A stretch of 64,000 nt of DNA from Lentimicrobiaceae bacterium (lineage in GTDB: Bacteria; Bacteroidota; Bacteroidia; Bacteroidales; UBA4417). The position numbers were made by a program, and so were the translations under genes. Of the stretch, positions 1-9,702 are shown piece after piece. Location: the NCBI GenBank assembly GCA_028697555.1, contig JAQVEX010000004.1:9332-73331 (forward strand), read 5' to 3'. Under the pieces are notes generated by a model. The model did not search any database. It had not been told where the DNA came from and was given only the letters and a program-made list of their open reading frames with translations. Numbering within the stretch: the stretch's first letter is position 1; every line of letters starts with the position of its first letter.

Positions 1-9
1 TAATGGCTA

Positions 10-3000
10 CTAACGGGTAACAACGACCTTTTTATTAACAGCTTGCACTGAATTCACCACACTAACAACATAAACACCCGAAACTACAGGTGCTTGGGTT
101 ACGAAAGTGTCGGTTAAGTAAACAGAGTTGCTGCTTACTAACTTGCCTTGCATGTCGTAAACGTTGACCATAGTTTTGGTGTTTTGCATGCTTGGTACGC
201 TCACAATTATCTGATTGTTGCTATTTACATAAATCATGTTTTCGTCTGCCAAATCGTAAGGTGTGGAATAGACTGCGTTTACGAGTTTTAATTCAAAACG
301 GTTGTCGCTGTCAGTGTTGGCGTGATTGAAAGTGTAAACAGGATTTTGACGTAGGTTTACGCTTCTGTTTTCCTTTTTGTCAATCAGGTATGGAGTAATA
401 TTGCTTTGTAGGCTTCTGTTATCGGCTACAAACTGAACTTGCGTTGATGCGTTCAGAGTAAAGCTAAGCGGTATTACTGTTTCGTAACGATTTAACGGCA
501 GGGTATTAATAGTAAGGTTTTCATTGTCGGCACTGATACTGCTAAGTTGCGGTGCTTCTTCCGAACCTATCATTTTAACCATATCGCCTTCATCTGTGCC
601 TAAATTCCATTTGTTATCTATAACAAACAGTATCTCGTCCTGCAACTGATTGCCATTTGCGGCTATACGCAACTTGTTAGGTTGATTGCCCGTGCTATAA
701 AAAGGTGTTAATTTGTCTGCTCTATTGCCTACTCTACATTTGTTGGTAAGTGACAATGTACCCGCACTTGTGGCTTTAACGAAAAACGCCTGTCCTATGG
801 AAATAGTATCGTAATTTGTGGTTGTACCCGTTCCGGCAGGAACGTTATAAGCTTTGTAGTTGCCATTATCCCATACCCAAAAACCGTATGATAAACTAGT
901 TGGAAAATTCTCAATTTCCGAAAAATCTATATGAGATGGAAAAGGATTAGGCACAAAGTTAAATCCTTTATCGGCAGCCGTAGATGTGTATGGTATTGGG
1001 AAGAAGCCGTAATTAAAAGTACCGTCAAAATTGTAGGTTATACTGGCACCTGGATAGTATATCAAATATCCCCTGTCTGCATACAATTGGGTATTGGTAG
1101 CCGAACCCATACCTTCCCATTGATTGAGTGTTTCGTTAAATTTGTACAAGTAAGAGCCATTGAATAAGTTACTAACAAGATTTGTTCCTTGTTCAAGCGG
1201 AACACTAACACCGTGGTAGCAATTTGCCGTGAGAATCGTATTGCCCGAAATATATCTCTTTATATCTCCGGCTGTTATAAAGTCGTGCATAAGCGCACCC
1301 GTGCCTGTATTATCGCTTAGGATATTAAAGCTGACAGTTCCATCTTTTGTAGGCGATTTATCTACAGCCATACCGGCAATACCTAAGTTGGAATTAGGAT
1401 TAATTGTAAATGTTGTGTTTCCCGATTTTTTAAGTATTACATTGTTTACGTTATTTAACTTTGAATTTACGCCAACACAGTTATTAACATCTACACTGTT
1501 ATTATTAATAATAAGATTGAATGTACTATCATTAGAATCGCTTATGGGGACATCATAGCTGGCGTCCAGACCGGTATTGGTGCTCTGTGTTAAAGCCGAA
1601 CCAAATCCTCCTATGTTGCCAAAATAATCCTTTTCCTTTACTACCCATTCGCTATTTTCGGCTGTTGTCCCGAAAGAGCCTTTGGGCATATAATTACCTT
1701 TAGTTACATTTAGCTTGCGTAACAGGGTTTTGTCTTTTGTTGCATTAGCCACACCTGCAACTTCCCAAGCTCCACTAGCAGGATTATCTCCTATCTTTCC
1801 AAACAAATCGCAGACTACTCCATCGTAAAAAACTTCTATAGCACCGTCTCCATCAACATATTCGAAGAAATATGAATAATATTCATTGCCATAATCTTTA
1901 ATACTTGCGTTGGCATTATAATGATATAAAACATAAACATCGCCTGCGGCAAGGATTATATTATTAAAAAGCCAATCTCTATATGTAGCATCAGGTTGAG
2001 TAACACGAATTTTCAATTTAATCAAATTAATATTACTTCCTGTACCGTTGTATATTTCTAAGGCTTTGTTATTGCCTGTACCTACTATATATTCGGTAAT
2101 AAATATTTTGGGTACTTCCGTAGCATCTACAATACTGAATGTTTCACTTTGTGCCGAATAATCATCGGAAATACGTGTAATTTTAATCTTACAGTCGTTG
2201 CTTCCATTCTGTGTAATATTCCAAGTCCAAGCTCGGTTTTCTACGGGAACAGAAGCTGCTAGCTCTTCCCATACAGGATTAGCAGCAGATGCGTTGCGAG
2301 TAAGTTCAATTTTTGCGTTACCAGATGCTATACCATTTACACCCCACAATATATCTTGTGAAGTACCTTGAACCCATTTGCTGAGCGTGTTAGGATAATT
2401 AACACCTATATATTTTTGTACAACATTAAAAATTGCACTCTCCGAAATTTTTCCACCTGCTGTTAATTTAATTCTGTACGAATGGGGAGTCTGATTATTA
2501 GGCACATACCAATCCCAAGAACCATTGCTTATTGGTATGTTTTCTGCTATAGTTACCCATTCTGTGCCTGATGTTACATCCTTCAATTCAATTTTAACAT
2601 CATGGGTGATACCTACATGTGCCCAAGTAATATTATAGGTTGTGCCGTATTGCCAATTGTCCCACGCTTTTGGGGAAATAACGGATATTGACGGAACCGG
2701 AGTAACCGCAATTTGAAGGTCATCTATAGCAAGTAGTGCGTTACTACCGGTTGCCAAGTCGTCTGTCCAGCGTATCCACATATAATCGCCCTGTTCCCAT
2801 TCAAGGTTTATGCTGCTTGCGTTAATAGCTTGCCTGTTTGCAGCCAAATTGCCATCTACACCCTGACCACTGTTATCACCTGTTAGAATTTCATTAAGGT
2901 TGAAATCATTTATATTTGTCCATGTTCCATCGTTAAGGTTTGTAGCATCAAAGCTGATTGCAAATTGGCTAGACTCATTGTTGCTATTATTTCCGGTACG

Positions 3001-5034
3001 CCATTGCTCGCAAAAACCCGAAAAGTTGATTTTTGTAATTCTTGAGCCAGTGTTGTTTTTAAAGACGGCTCCAAAACGAGGTTGTATATCTCCTGCTCTT
3101 GTTCCCAAAGCTCTGTCGGCTTCGTTGGTTGTACCAACGTTGAAGGCGCCTACAACATCCGGCGTGCCATTGGAAACTTGCAACGCAAGCGGGTCGCCGG
3201 TCGCTTTATTTACTCCTTTCCAACCTGTCAAATAAGTTGTTCCGTCGGGTAATAAGCCGTCGAAATTTTCGTCGTAAATTAAATTGTTTGCATCGAATGT
3301 AAATGCTACTAGTTCGGATGATGGACTTATAATATCAAATATTCCACTCTCCGCCACTTTTGCTCCTGCTGTTAATCTGATTTTATAGCCGGAACCTGAA
3401 GGCAGCCCGACAGGAATGTTCCATGTCCAGGAACCATTAGTTGCAGTTACGTTTTCTGCTAAGGTGCCCTGAACACTACCATAAACATTTATCAATTCAA
3501 TTTTAATATTATCGGAAATACTTACTTGTTTCCATGTAATGTTGTGAGTTGAACCATTTTCCCATTTAGCTCCTGCTTTGGGACAAGTAACGGTTAGTAT
3601 AGGGTCTGCCAAAGTTGCCGTAACTGAAAGGTCATCAATAGCTAATAGTGCGTTGTTGGCTGGTGCTTGGTCGTCATTCCAGCGTATCCATATATTGGTG
3701 CCGGTTTGCCAGTTAATATTATTTAAAGTTGCACTAATTTCTTGTCTGTTGGCAGGCAAGTTGCCGTTCAGTTTTTCGCTACTGGTATTCCCTGTTTGAA
3801 TTTCATAAAGGTCGAAGCTGCTTACTGGTGTCCATGTGGCACTAGTATCATTTAGGTAAGTGGCATCGTAGCTAATTTCAAATATATGGCGTTCGTCAAA
3901 AGTTGAACCTCCAAGCATACTTCCCCCAGCTCGCCATTGTTCACACACACCGGTAAAGTCTAATTTTGATATAGTTTTGCCGGTGTTGTTTTTAAATACA
4001 GCTCCAAAAGTCGGAACAGTTACTCCATAATAGGAAATTGATCCCATGGCTCTGTCGCTTTGTCCCGATTCGCCGACATTGTGCATACCTGCATTACCAC
4101 TAGAACCGTCGGAAACTTGTAACGGAAGTAGTGCACCTACCAGTGGTGTATTATTGCCGTGTTTTTTATATCCCGTCCAACCCGTAGGGTAGGATGTTCC
4201 GGTGGCGCCCATGCCGTCGAAATTTTGATTGTAAGTCATGTGGTCAATATCAAATATGTGTGCAAACCCTTCGGGAATAACCTTAATTTCAGGAGTAACC
4301 GTAATACTAAGGTCATCAATAGCAAGTAATGCGTCATTACCAACATCATCTTTGTCTGTCCAGCGTATCCACATATTGCTGCCTTGTTGCCACTGCGCAT
4401 TTTCGTAAGTTGCACTTATACTTCGCCTGTTTTCAGACTCGTTACCGTCTATACTTTGTGATACACCAAAATCATTTCTAATTTCTACAAGGTCAAAACT
4501 ATTTACTCTTGTCCAGGTAGCATCAACATCGTAAAGGTCGGTAGCGTTAAAGCTAATTTCAAACTCTATAGTTTCAATAACAAAACTAGAACTTCCGGTA
4601 CACCACTGTTCGCAAACACCCGAGAAGTCGATTTTGGTAATTTTATAGCCGGTATTATTTTTAAATACAGCTCCAAAAGCCGGTATTATAAAGTCACTAG
4701 CTCTTGTTCCCAAAGCTCTATCGGTCCAATCCCAATAATAACCTGGATCAAAACCAACAAGGATAATGCCACTAAGTCCGACTGGATTACTGTTTTTACA
4801 TTCTAATGGAATAGAATCGCCTATTCCGTATCGGTGCCACGTACCACCTACTTTAATTCCCTTCCAACCTGTTGGATAAAATGCATAGGGGAATTCCGGG
4901 ATAGTAAAATTTTGTGTGTAAGTTACATTGCTAAGGTCAAACGTGTGTGCTACTGTTTGTCCGTAAGCAGTAGAAACGCTACATAAGTACGTACATACAC
5001 ACAATAAACATGAGAGTAATAATGTTTTTTTCAT
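10..5034 (-). CDS. Giant secreted multidomain surface protein, predicted T9SS cargo. It has three paralogous ~220-aa modules, small beta-sandwich repeats, a lamin-tail-like segment and a C-terminal T9SS sorting domain.
   Basis: Uninterrupted 1674-aa ORF. Signal peptide MKKTLLLSCLLCVCTYLCSVSTAYG. A module ending in ..ALLAIDDLS/QI.VTP recurs three times. NITW..GSW.W..P..YKI(R/K)LTAG repeats are present. The C-terminal ~80 aa (VYDMQGKLV...GVYVVSVV...) resembles a type-A T9SS CTD. Confidence 0.8.
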   Translation of the reverse strand: MKKTLLLSCLLCVCTYLCSVSTAYGQTVAHTFDLSNVTYTQNFTIPEFPYAFYPTGWKGIKVGGTWHRYGIGDSIPLECKNSNPVGLSGIILVGFDPGYYWDWTDRALGTRASDFIIPAFGAVFKNNTGYKITKIDFSGVCEQWCTGSSSFVIETIEFEISFNATDLYDVDATWTRVNSFDLVEIRNDFGVSQSIDGNESENRRSISATYENAQWQQGSNMWIRWTDKDDVGNDALLAIDDLSITVTPEIKVIPEGFAHIFDIDHMTYNQNFDGMGATGTSYPTGWTGYKKHGNNTPLVGALLPLQVSDGSSGNAGMHNVGESGQSDRAMGSISYYGVTVPTFGAVFKNNTGKTISKLDFTGVCEQWRAGGSMLGGSTFDERHIFEISYDATYLNDTSATWTPVSSFDLYEIQTGNTSSEKLNGNLPANRQEISATLNNINWQTGTNIWIRWNDDQAPANNALLAIDDLSVTATLADPILTVTCPKAGAKWENGSTHNITWKQVSISDNIKIELINVYGSVQGTLAENVTATNGSWTWNIPVGLPSGSGYKIRLTAGAKVAESGIFDIISPSSELVAFTFDANNLIYDENFDGLLPDGTTYLTGWKGVNKATGDPLALQVSNGTPDVVGAFNVGTTNEADRALGTRAGDIQPRFGAVFKNNTGSRITKINFSGFCEQWRTGNNSNNESSQFAISFDATNLNDGTWTNINDFNLNEILTGDNSGQGVDGNLAANRQAINASSINLEWEQGDYMWIRWTDDLATGSNALLAIDDLQIAVTPVPSISVISPKAWDNWQYGTTYNITWAHVGITHDVKIELKDVTSGTEWVTIAENIPISNGSWDWYVPNNQTPHSYRIKLTAGGKISESAIFNVVQKYIGVNYPNTLSKWVQGTSQDILWGVNGIASGNAKIELTRNASAANPVWEELAASVPVENRAWTWNITQNGSNDCKIKITRISDDYSAQSETFSIVDATEVPKIFITEYIVGTGNNKALEIYNGTGSNINLIKLKIRVTQPDATYRDWLFNNIILAAGDVYVLYHYNANASIKDYGNEYYSYFFEYVDGDGAIEVFYDGVVCDLFGKIGDNPASGAWEVAGVANATKDKTLLRKLNVTKGNYMPKGSFGTTAENSEWVVKEKDYFGNIGGFGSALTQSTNTGLDASYDVPISDSNDSTFNLIINNNSVDVNNCVGVNSKLNNVNNVILKKSGNTTFTINPNSNLGIAGMAVDKSPTKDGTVSFNILSDNTGTGALMHDFITAGDIKRYISGNTILTANCYHGVSVPLEQGTNLVSNLFNGSYLYKFNETLNQWEGMGSATNTQLYADRGYLIYYPGASITYNFDGTFNYGFFPIPYTSTAADKGFNFVPNPFPSHIDFSEIENFPTSLSYGFWVWDNGNYKAYNVPAGTGTTTNYDTISIGQAFFVKATSAGTLSLTNKCRVGNRADKLTPFYSTGNQPNKLRIAANGNQLQDEILFVIDNKWNLGTDEGDMVKMIGSEEAPQLSSISADNENLTINTLPLNRYETVIPLSFTLNASTQVQFVADNRSLQSNITPYLIDKKENRSVNLRQNPVYTFNHANTDSDNRFELKLVNAVYSTPYDLADENMIYVNSNNQIIVSVPSMQNTKTMVNVYDMQGKLVSSNSVYLTDTFVTQAPVVSGVYVVSVVNSVQAVNKKVVVTR

Positions 5035-5214
5035 AGTCGGATAAATTAATTAAATGGGTTTATTATTAATGGGTTTACTATGTTATTTTTTAGTTGTTTT
5101 TTACTTTTAAAATACTGCAACTGTTTTAATTTTAACTAAATACAAAAGTATATTTTTTTTATTTTCAAATGCAAAAAATTATTAAGTTTTTTTTTGGTTT
5201 TTTAGCCGTTGGCT

Positions 5215-5326
5215 GGTGATGGGTGATGGGTGATGGGTGATAAGTGATAAGTGATGAGTTACGAGTTACGAGTTAGGAGTTAGGAGTTGGGAGTTGGGAG
5301 TTGGGAGTTATGAGTTAGGAGTTACA
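5215..5326. repeat. Array of 16 tandem heptamers that change stepwise along the array: GGTGATG x3, GGTGATA, AGTGATA, AGTGATG, AGTTACG x2, AGTTAGG x2, AGTTGGG x3, AGTTATG, AGTTAGG, AGTTACA.
   Basis: Read directly. There is a perfect 7-nt register over 112 nt, and neighbouring units differ by 1-2 substitutions. A partner C-rich array (CTCGTAA CCCGCAA CACGCAC CACGCAA) lies at 5578..5609. Confidence 0.9.
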
Positions 5327-5664
5327 GCACTTCGGTCACTGAGCTCGTGCCCACCGAGCGTAGCCGAGGTGTCGAAGTGCCGAAGTGCTGCAGTGGCTGA
5401 AGACCCGAGATTTTCGGCATTTCGCTTCAATAGCCGTGCCTTTAAAGACACGGCTATTGAGAAAGACACAACACTCTATTCTCCATTTTCGGCATTTTGG
5501 TGGCTGAATTTACTGAAGCCCGATACACCGATATCTCGCTTCGCTCAATATCGGCACTCAATGACCGAAAATGTCGAAACTCGTAACCCGCAACACGCAC
5601 CACGCAACCTGTCAAATAAAAGTAAAAAAGCATAATTTTACCCCAAAATGCTTAATTTTGCATT

Positions 5665-6423
5665 ATGAACATCACCGAAAACAAGCATCGTTATCTTGTG
5701 CATTTAGCTTTCGACGGCACAAACTATCATGGTTGGCAAAAGCAGCCTAACGCTCCTACAATACAGGAGACAATAGAAGATGCTTTGAGCAAAATCACCA
5801 AACAAGAAATAATACTTATTGGATGCGGAAGAACCGATACAGGTGTTCATGCCCGAAAGTTTTTTGCTCACTTCGATTGCGACGGTTTTTACACTCCGCA
5901 AGAGCTCTCACAACTGACTTACAAGTTAAATGGCTTTTTAGACGAGGATATTGTCATTTTTTCAATAAATAAAGTCGATAATTCCGTGCACTCACGCTTT
6001 TCGCCAATCAGTAGAGAGTACAAATATTATATCATCACAAGCAAAGACCCGTTTAAGTATAACTACGCATATAAAATTACCGTACCTTTAGACATTGAAA
6101 AAATGAACGCAGCTGCAAAACTTCTGATAGGCTCAAAAGATTTTCAATCTTTCAGTAAAGTAAACACGCAGGTTAACAATTTTATTTGCACCGTATTTGA
6201 GGCGTACTTCACCAAAACCGACAATGAAATAGTATTTACAATATCAGCTAACAGGTTTTTGCGAAATATGGTAAGAGCTATTGCCGGCTCTCTCATTGAT
6301 GTCGGACTAAGCAAATGTTCTATAGACGATTTCAGCCAAATTATCGAAAGTAAAGACAGATGTAGCGCCGGACTTTCGGTTCCTGCAAAAGGGTTGTTCC
6401 TAAACGACGTGGTTTTTGAGTAG
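5665..6423 (+). CDS. truA: tRNA pseudouridine(38-40) synthase TruA
   Basis: 252 aa. Contains the GCGRTDTGVHA catalytic Asp motif and has typical TruA length and layout. Confidence 0.9.
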   Translation: MNITENKHRYLVHLAFDGTNYHGWQKQPNAPTIQETIEDALSKITKQEIILIGCGRTDTGVHARKFFAHFDCDGFYTPQELSQLTYKLNGFLDEDIVIFSINKVDNSVHSRFSPISREYKYYIITSKDPFKYNYAYKITVPLDIEKMNAAAKLLIGSKDFQSFSKVNTQVNNFICTVFEAYFTKTDNEIVFTISANRFLRNMVRAIAGSLIDVGLSKCSIDDFSQIIESKDRCSAGLSVPAKGLFLNDVVFE

Positions 6424-6446
6424 TAGAGATGAGTTTGTTTACAAAT

Positions 6447-6591
6447 CATAGCCATTAGCTGTTGGCTGTTAGCTATTGGCTATGGTCGTTTGCTAATAGC
6501 CAATGGCTAAAAGCTAAAGGCTAAAAGCCATTAAACCACGTACCACACAACACCGACCACTAACCACCAATCACTATCCACTAATCACTAT
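6447..6591. repeat. Composite heptamer element. Inverted arrays (GCTGTTR/GCTATTG arm against GCTAAAR/GCCAATG arm) form a long imperfect hairpin, followed by 8 units of an ACCACNN C-rich array.
   Basis: Left arm catagccattagctgttggctgttagctattggctatgg, loop tcgtttg, right arm ctaatagccaatggctaaaagctaaaggctaaaagccatt. Then accacgt accacac aacaccg accacta accacca atcacta tccacta atcacta. The block starts 24 nt after the truA stop. Confidence 0.85.
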
Positions 6592-6674
6592 TTCCCATAT
6601 TAACTTTACATTAATTGGTACTTTGTGCTTAAAATTTTAAGAAATAGATTATTTTTGTTTGAAATAAACGCAAT

Positions 6675-7802
6675 ATGGGATTAAAAAAAGGAGATAAGGT
6701 AAGATTTTTGAATACAACCGGTGGAGGAATTATCGTTAAGCAACTCAATAGCTACATGGTTTTGGTTGAAATTGAAGATGGTTTTGAAGTACCCGTCTTA
6801 ATGAACGAAGTTGTGAAAATTGGAGAATCTACACCGGCAAGCCGAATATTTTTGCAGGAAGATGAAAGAAAAGCTCAACGTAATCAGGAAGAGCAACATA
6901 AAGCTGTAAGACAAGATAGTAAAAAACAAGAAACCGCTTGGGAAGTTGAAAAAGATTACACTTTGGAAGATGAACAAACCTACATGAGTATAAAGCCCGA
7001 TAATGACGTGGAAAAGGGAATTTACTTAGGTTGGTTTCCTGTTGATATTGAAAAAATTCAGATAAGCGACGTAGAAATTGTTCTTTTCAATTACACCAAT
7101 TGCGAAATTATTTATTCAATATTTCTGCAAAAAACCAAAAGTGGATTCATTGGTTACGACTACGGCACTATTCCGGCAAACAACTGCCAAGTCATCGACG
7201 TAATAAAAGCCGACAAACTTGATATGTGGCAAAAAGGAGAAGTGCAAATAATTTTCTTTCACGAAAAAACCAAAGCCATTCAAGCTCCGCATTCGGTTAC
7301 TTTTAATTCCAAAATCTCACAAATCACCGATGTTGCTAATTTGCAGGCTTTCCCAATTTACAAACAACAAAAAGGCATAATTCACACTTTGTACAGAACC
7401 GCAAGTGCCGAGGAAAAGCAAAAACTCGTAGAAGAAAGCAAATATGGCGCTGTACTGAAACAAAAAAACAGTTCGGTGTTCGAGATTAGTCCCATTGTCA
7501 ACCAATTCAGAATAGACGACGATACTGCCGAAGTTGACCTGCATATTTCAAAACTGTTGCCCGATTTTTCTAAAATGAAAGCTAAAGATATTCTACAATA
7601 TCAGCTATCTTTTTTCGACAAGGTTTTGTCGAGCGCAATAGCGTACAACTACAAGAGACTCATTGTTATTCACGGGATTGGCAACGGAGTATTAAAAAAT
7701 GCAATTCTTAACAGAGTTAGTGTCAACGGCGATATTGAAGTTAAAGACGCTCCATTTGCCAAGTACGGTTACGGAGCAATTGAATTATTCATAAATTATT
7801 AA
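6675..7802 (+). CDS. Smr (small MutS-related) domain protein with an N-terminal DUF2027-like region
   Basis: 375 aa. The C-terminal ..VDLHISKLLP...LIVIHGIGNGVLKNAI.. segment matches the Smr domain pattern. Confidence 0.7.
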   Translation: MGLKKGDKVRFLNTTGGGIIVKQLNSYMVLVEIEDGFEVPVLMNEVVKIGESTPASRIFLQEDERKAQRNQEEQHKAVRQDSKKQETAWEVEKDYTLEDEQTYMSIKPDNDVEKGIYLGWFPVDIEKIQISDVEIVLFNYTNCEIIYSIFLQKTKSGFIGYDYGTIPANNCQVIDVIKADKLDMWQKGEVQIIFFHEKTKAIQAPHSVTFNSKISQITDVANLQAFPIYKQQKGIIHTLYRTASAEEKQKLVEESKYGAVLKQKNSSVFEISPIVNQFRIDDDTAEVDLHISKLLPDFSKMKAKDILQYQLSFFDKVLSSAIAYNYKRLIVIHGIGNGVLKNAILNRVSVNGDIEVKDAPFAKYGYGAIELFINY

Positions 7803-7805
7803 GCA

Positions 7806-9698
7806 ATGTACAAAAAGACTTGTGTAATTATAATTTCCTTACTGCTAATCTGCTGTTCGCTTGAAATAGCGGCTCAAATACAAAGCCCGGGAAATCCGTT
7901 TTTGTACAATACTCTTAAAACACAAAAACGTTCTATTTCTTGCATAGAAATAGAAACACCCGATATTAAGAAGTTGCAAGAAGAAGATTTATCGGTTCAG
8001 GATTGCATTTTGAAAAAAGACCGTTTGGGGATTGTCTTACCACAAAACACCGATATCAGCAATACAGTTTACAAACACCGCAATGCCAACGGAACGCACT
8101 CGTGGATAATTGCCATAAAAGCCGATAATGCCACAGCCTTAGGTGTTAGTTTGAAATACGATAATTTTCCAAGCGGAAGTAAGTTGTACTGTTTTTCGGA
8201 AGATGGAAATTACATTTATGGAGCTTTTGACTTAGCTCAGTTATCTGACAATGAAATAACAATCAGACCTATACCCGATGAAACCGTTTATATTGAAATC
8301 GACTTTGTAAAAACTCCACCCACAAATGCTACTCTGGTATTGCAAGATGTCTCGTTTTTTTACAAAAACTTGCTGAACGGCGACAGGAACGGCGAATCTG
8401 ACTTTTGCCAAGTAAGTGTAAATTGTAGTGAAGGTAACAACTTTCAGCTTATTAAACGAAGTGTGGTAAAGCTCCTTACTTGTGTTGAAGGAATGTACTA
8501 CTACTGTAGCGGAAGCGTGGTGAACAACACCGCCAACGACTTTATGCCATACATTCTAACTGCCGGACACTGCGGAGCATTAAATAGTCAAACTGTGTTA
8601 TCTCAACTAGATAAAAACAAATGGGTGTTTTATTTCAATTACGAATCCGATTGTAATAGCGATGTTCCGCCAAACTTCGACCAAACAATGGTTGGAATGG
8701 ATATCGTTTCGCAAAGCGACTTTATAGATGATGACGGTTCGGATTTTTTACTCTTAAAACTTAAGCATAGCATTCCCGAAGCCTACAACGTATATTTTTC
8801 CGGTTGGGACAGAACCGAAACGCCATCGCCATACGGCGTTTGCTTGCATCACCCAAAAGGCGATTTTAAAAAAATCTCAACCTACGAACAGCCCTGCACC
8901 AACGATAATTGGAGCGCTACAGCAAATACTCATTGGGGTGTAACTTGGGTTGAAACCCAAAACGGACACGGCGTTACCGAAGGCGGTTCTTCCGGAAGTC
9001 CTTTGTTTAACAACAATAATAAAATTGTTGGAGTTCTTTCAGGTGGAAACTCATCGTGCAGTTCGCCTAACGAAAAAGACTATTTCGGGAAATTTTCGTA
9101 TTCGTGGAAATCCAATGGCAGTAATTCCTACAAGCAACTCGCACCTTGGTTAGACCCGATAAATTCAGGAAACCCAATACTAGACGGCGTGTTCAACTCC
9201 AATCATATCATGCCTTTAATCTCGGTTTCTAATAATATTGTAGCTATAGATAATAGCATCAACTTTTTTGATGTTTCTACCGGAAATCCGACAAGTTGGC
9301 AATGGCACTTCGAAGGTGCTACGCCACAAACATCTACCGAAAAAAATCCTACAAATATTACATACAAGGAACACGGCTCTTTCGATGTAAAATTAGTAGT
9401 TAGCAACGATATCTCAACCGATTCGATTTTGCTCAGAGATTGGATAAAAGTGTATTATCCGTTTTATCCAAACCCAACCGTAAACGGCTACATCAATGGA
9501 ATAGCCGATAACAATTACGACCTGAAAATATTTGCAATAAATGCAAACGGAAGAATAATGAGAGAATGGATTTTCCCCAAAAACTCATTCTCTAATCCGT
9601 TTACCATCAAACTGCCGGAATACAACGGAATGCTGTGGCTTAAAGTTATTTCAAAAAACAATGTTCAGGTTCATAAAATAATTTCAATACAAAAATAA
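7806..9698 (+). CDS. Secreted trypsin-like (S1 family) serine endopeptidase with a PKD-like domain and a T9SS C-terminal sorting domain
   Basis: 630 aa with a signal peptide. LTAGHCG (His) and TEGGSSGSPLF (Ser) motifs. PKD-like segment F.DVSTGNPTSWQW.FEGATP. C-terminal FYPNPT...LKVISKNNVQVHKII looks like a CTD. Confidence 0.8.
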   Translation: MYKKTCVIIISLLLICCSLEIAAQIQSPGNPFLYNTLKTQKRSISCIEIETPDIKKLQEEDLSVQDCILKKDRLGIVLPQNTDISNTVYKHRNANGTHSWIIAIKADNATALGVSLKYDNFPSGSKLYCFSEDGNYIYGAFDLAQLSDNEITIRPIPDETVYIEIDFVKTPPTNATLVLQDVSFFYKNLLNGDRNGESDFCQVSVNCSEGNNFQLIKRSVVKLLTCVEGMYYYCSGSVVNNTANDFMPYILTAGHCGALNSQTVLSQLDKNKWVFYFNYESDCNSDVPPNFDQTMVGMDIVSQSDFIDDDGSDFLLLKLKHSIPEAYNVYFSGWDRTETPSPYGVCLHHPKGDFKKISTYEQPCTNDNWSATANTHWGVTWVETQNGHGVTEGGSSGSPLFNNNNKIVGVLSGGNSSCSSPNEKDYFGKFSYSWKSNGSNSYKQLAPWLDPINSGNPILDGVFNSNHIMPLISVSNNIVAIDNSINFFDVSTGNPTSWQWHFEGATPQTSTEKNPTNITYKEHGSFDVKLVVSNDISTDSILLRDWIKVYYPFYPNPTVNGYINGIADNNYDLKIFAINANGRIMREWIFPKNSFSNPFTIKLPEYNGMLWLKVISKNNVQVHKIISIQK

Positions 9699-9702
9699 AC
9701 TC

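Noticed and set aside
5215-5326. Heptamer arrays as a possible CRISPR array
   Set aside because: The units are 7 nt with no spacers and no unique intervening sequences, and no cas genes are present. These are short tandem repeats, not CRISPR.
5294-5635. 113-aa ORF on the plus strand in the cargo/truA intergenic region
   Set aside because: It starts inside the AGTTGGG heptamer array and runs through hairpin-rich repeat sequence. It has no recognisable protein motif and its composition is driven by the repeats. I treat it as non-coding.
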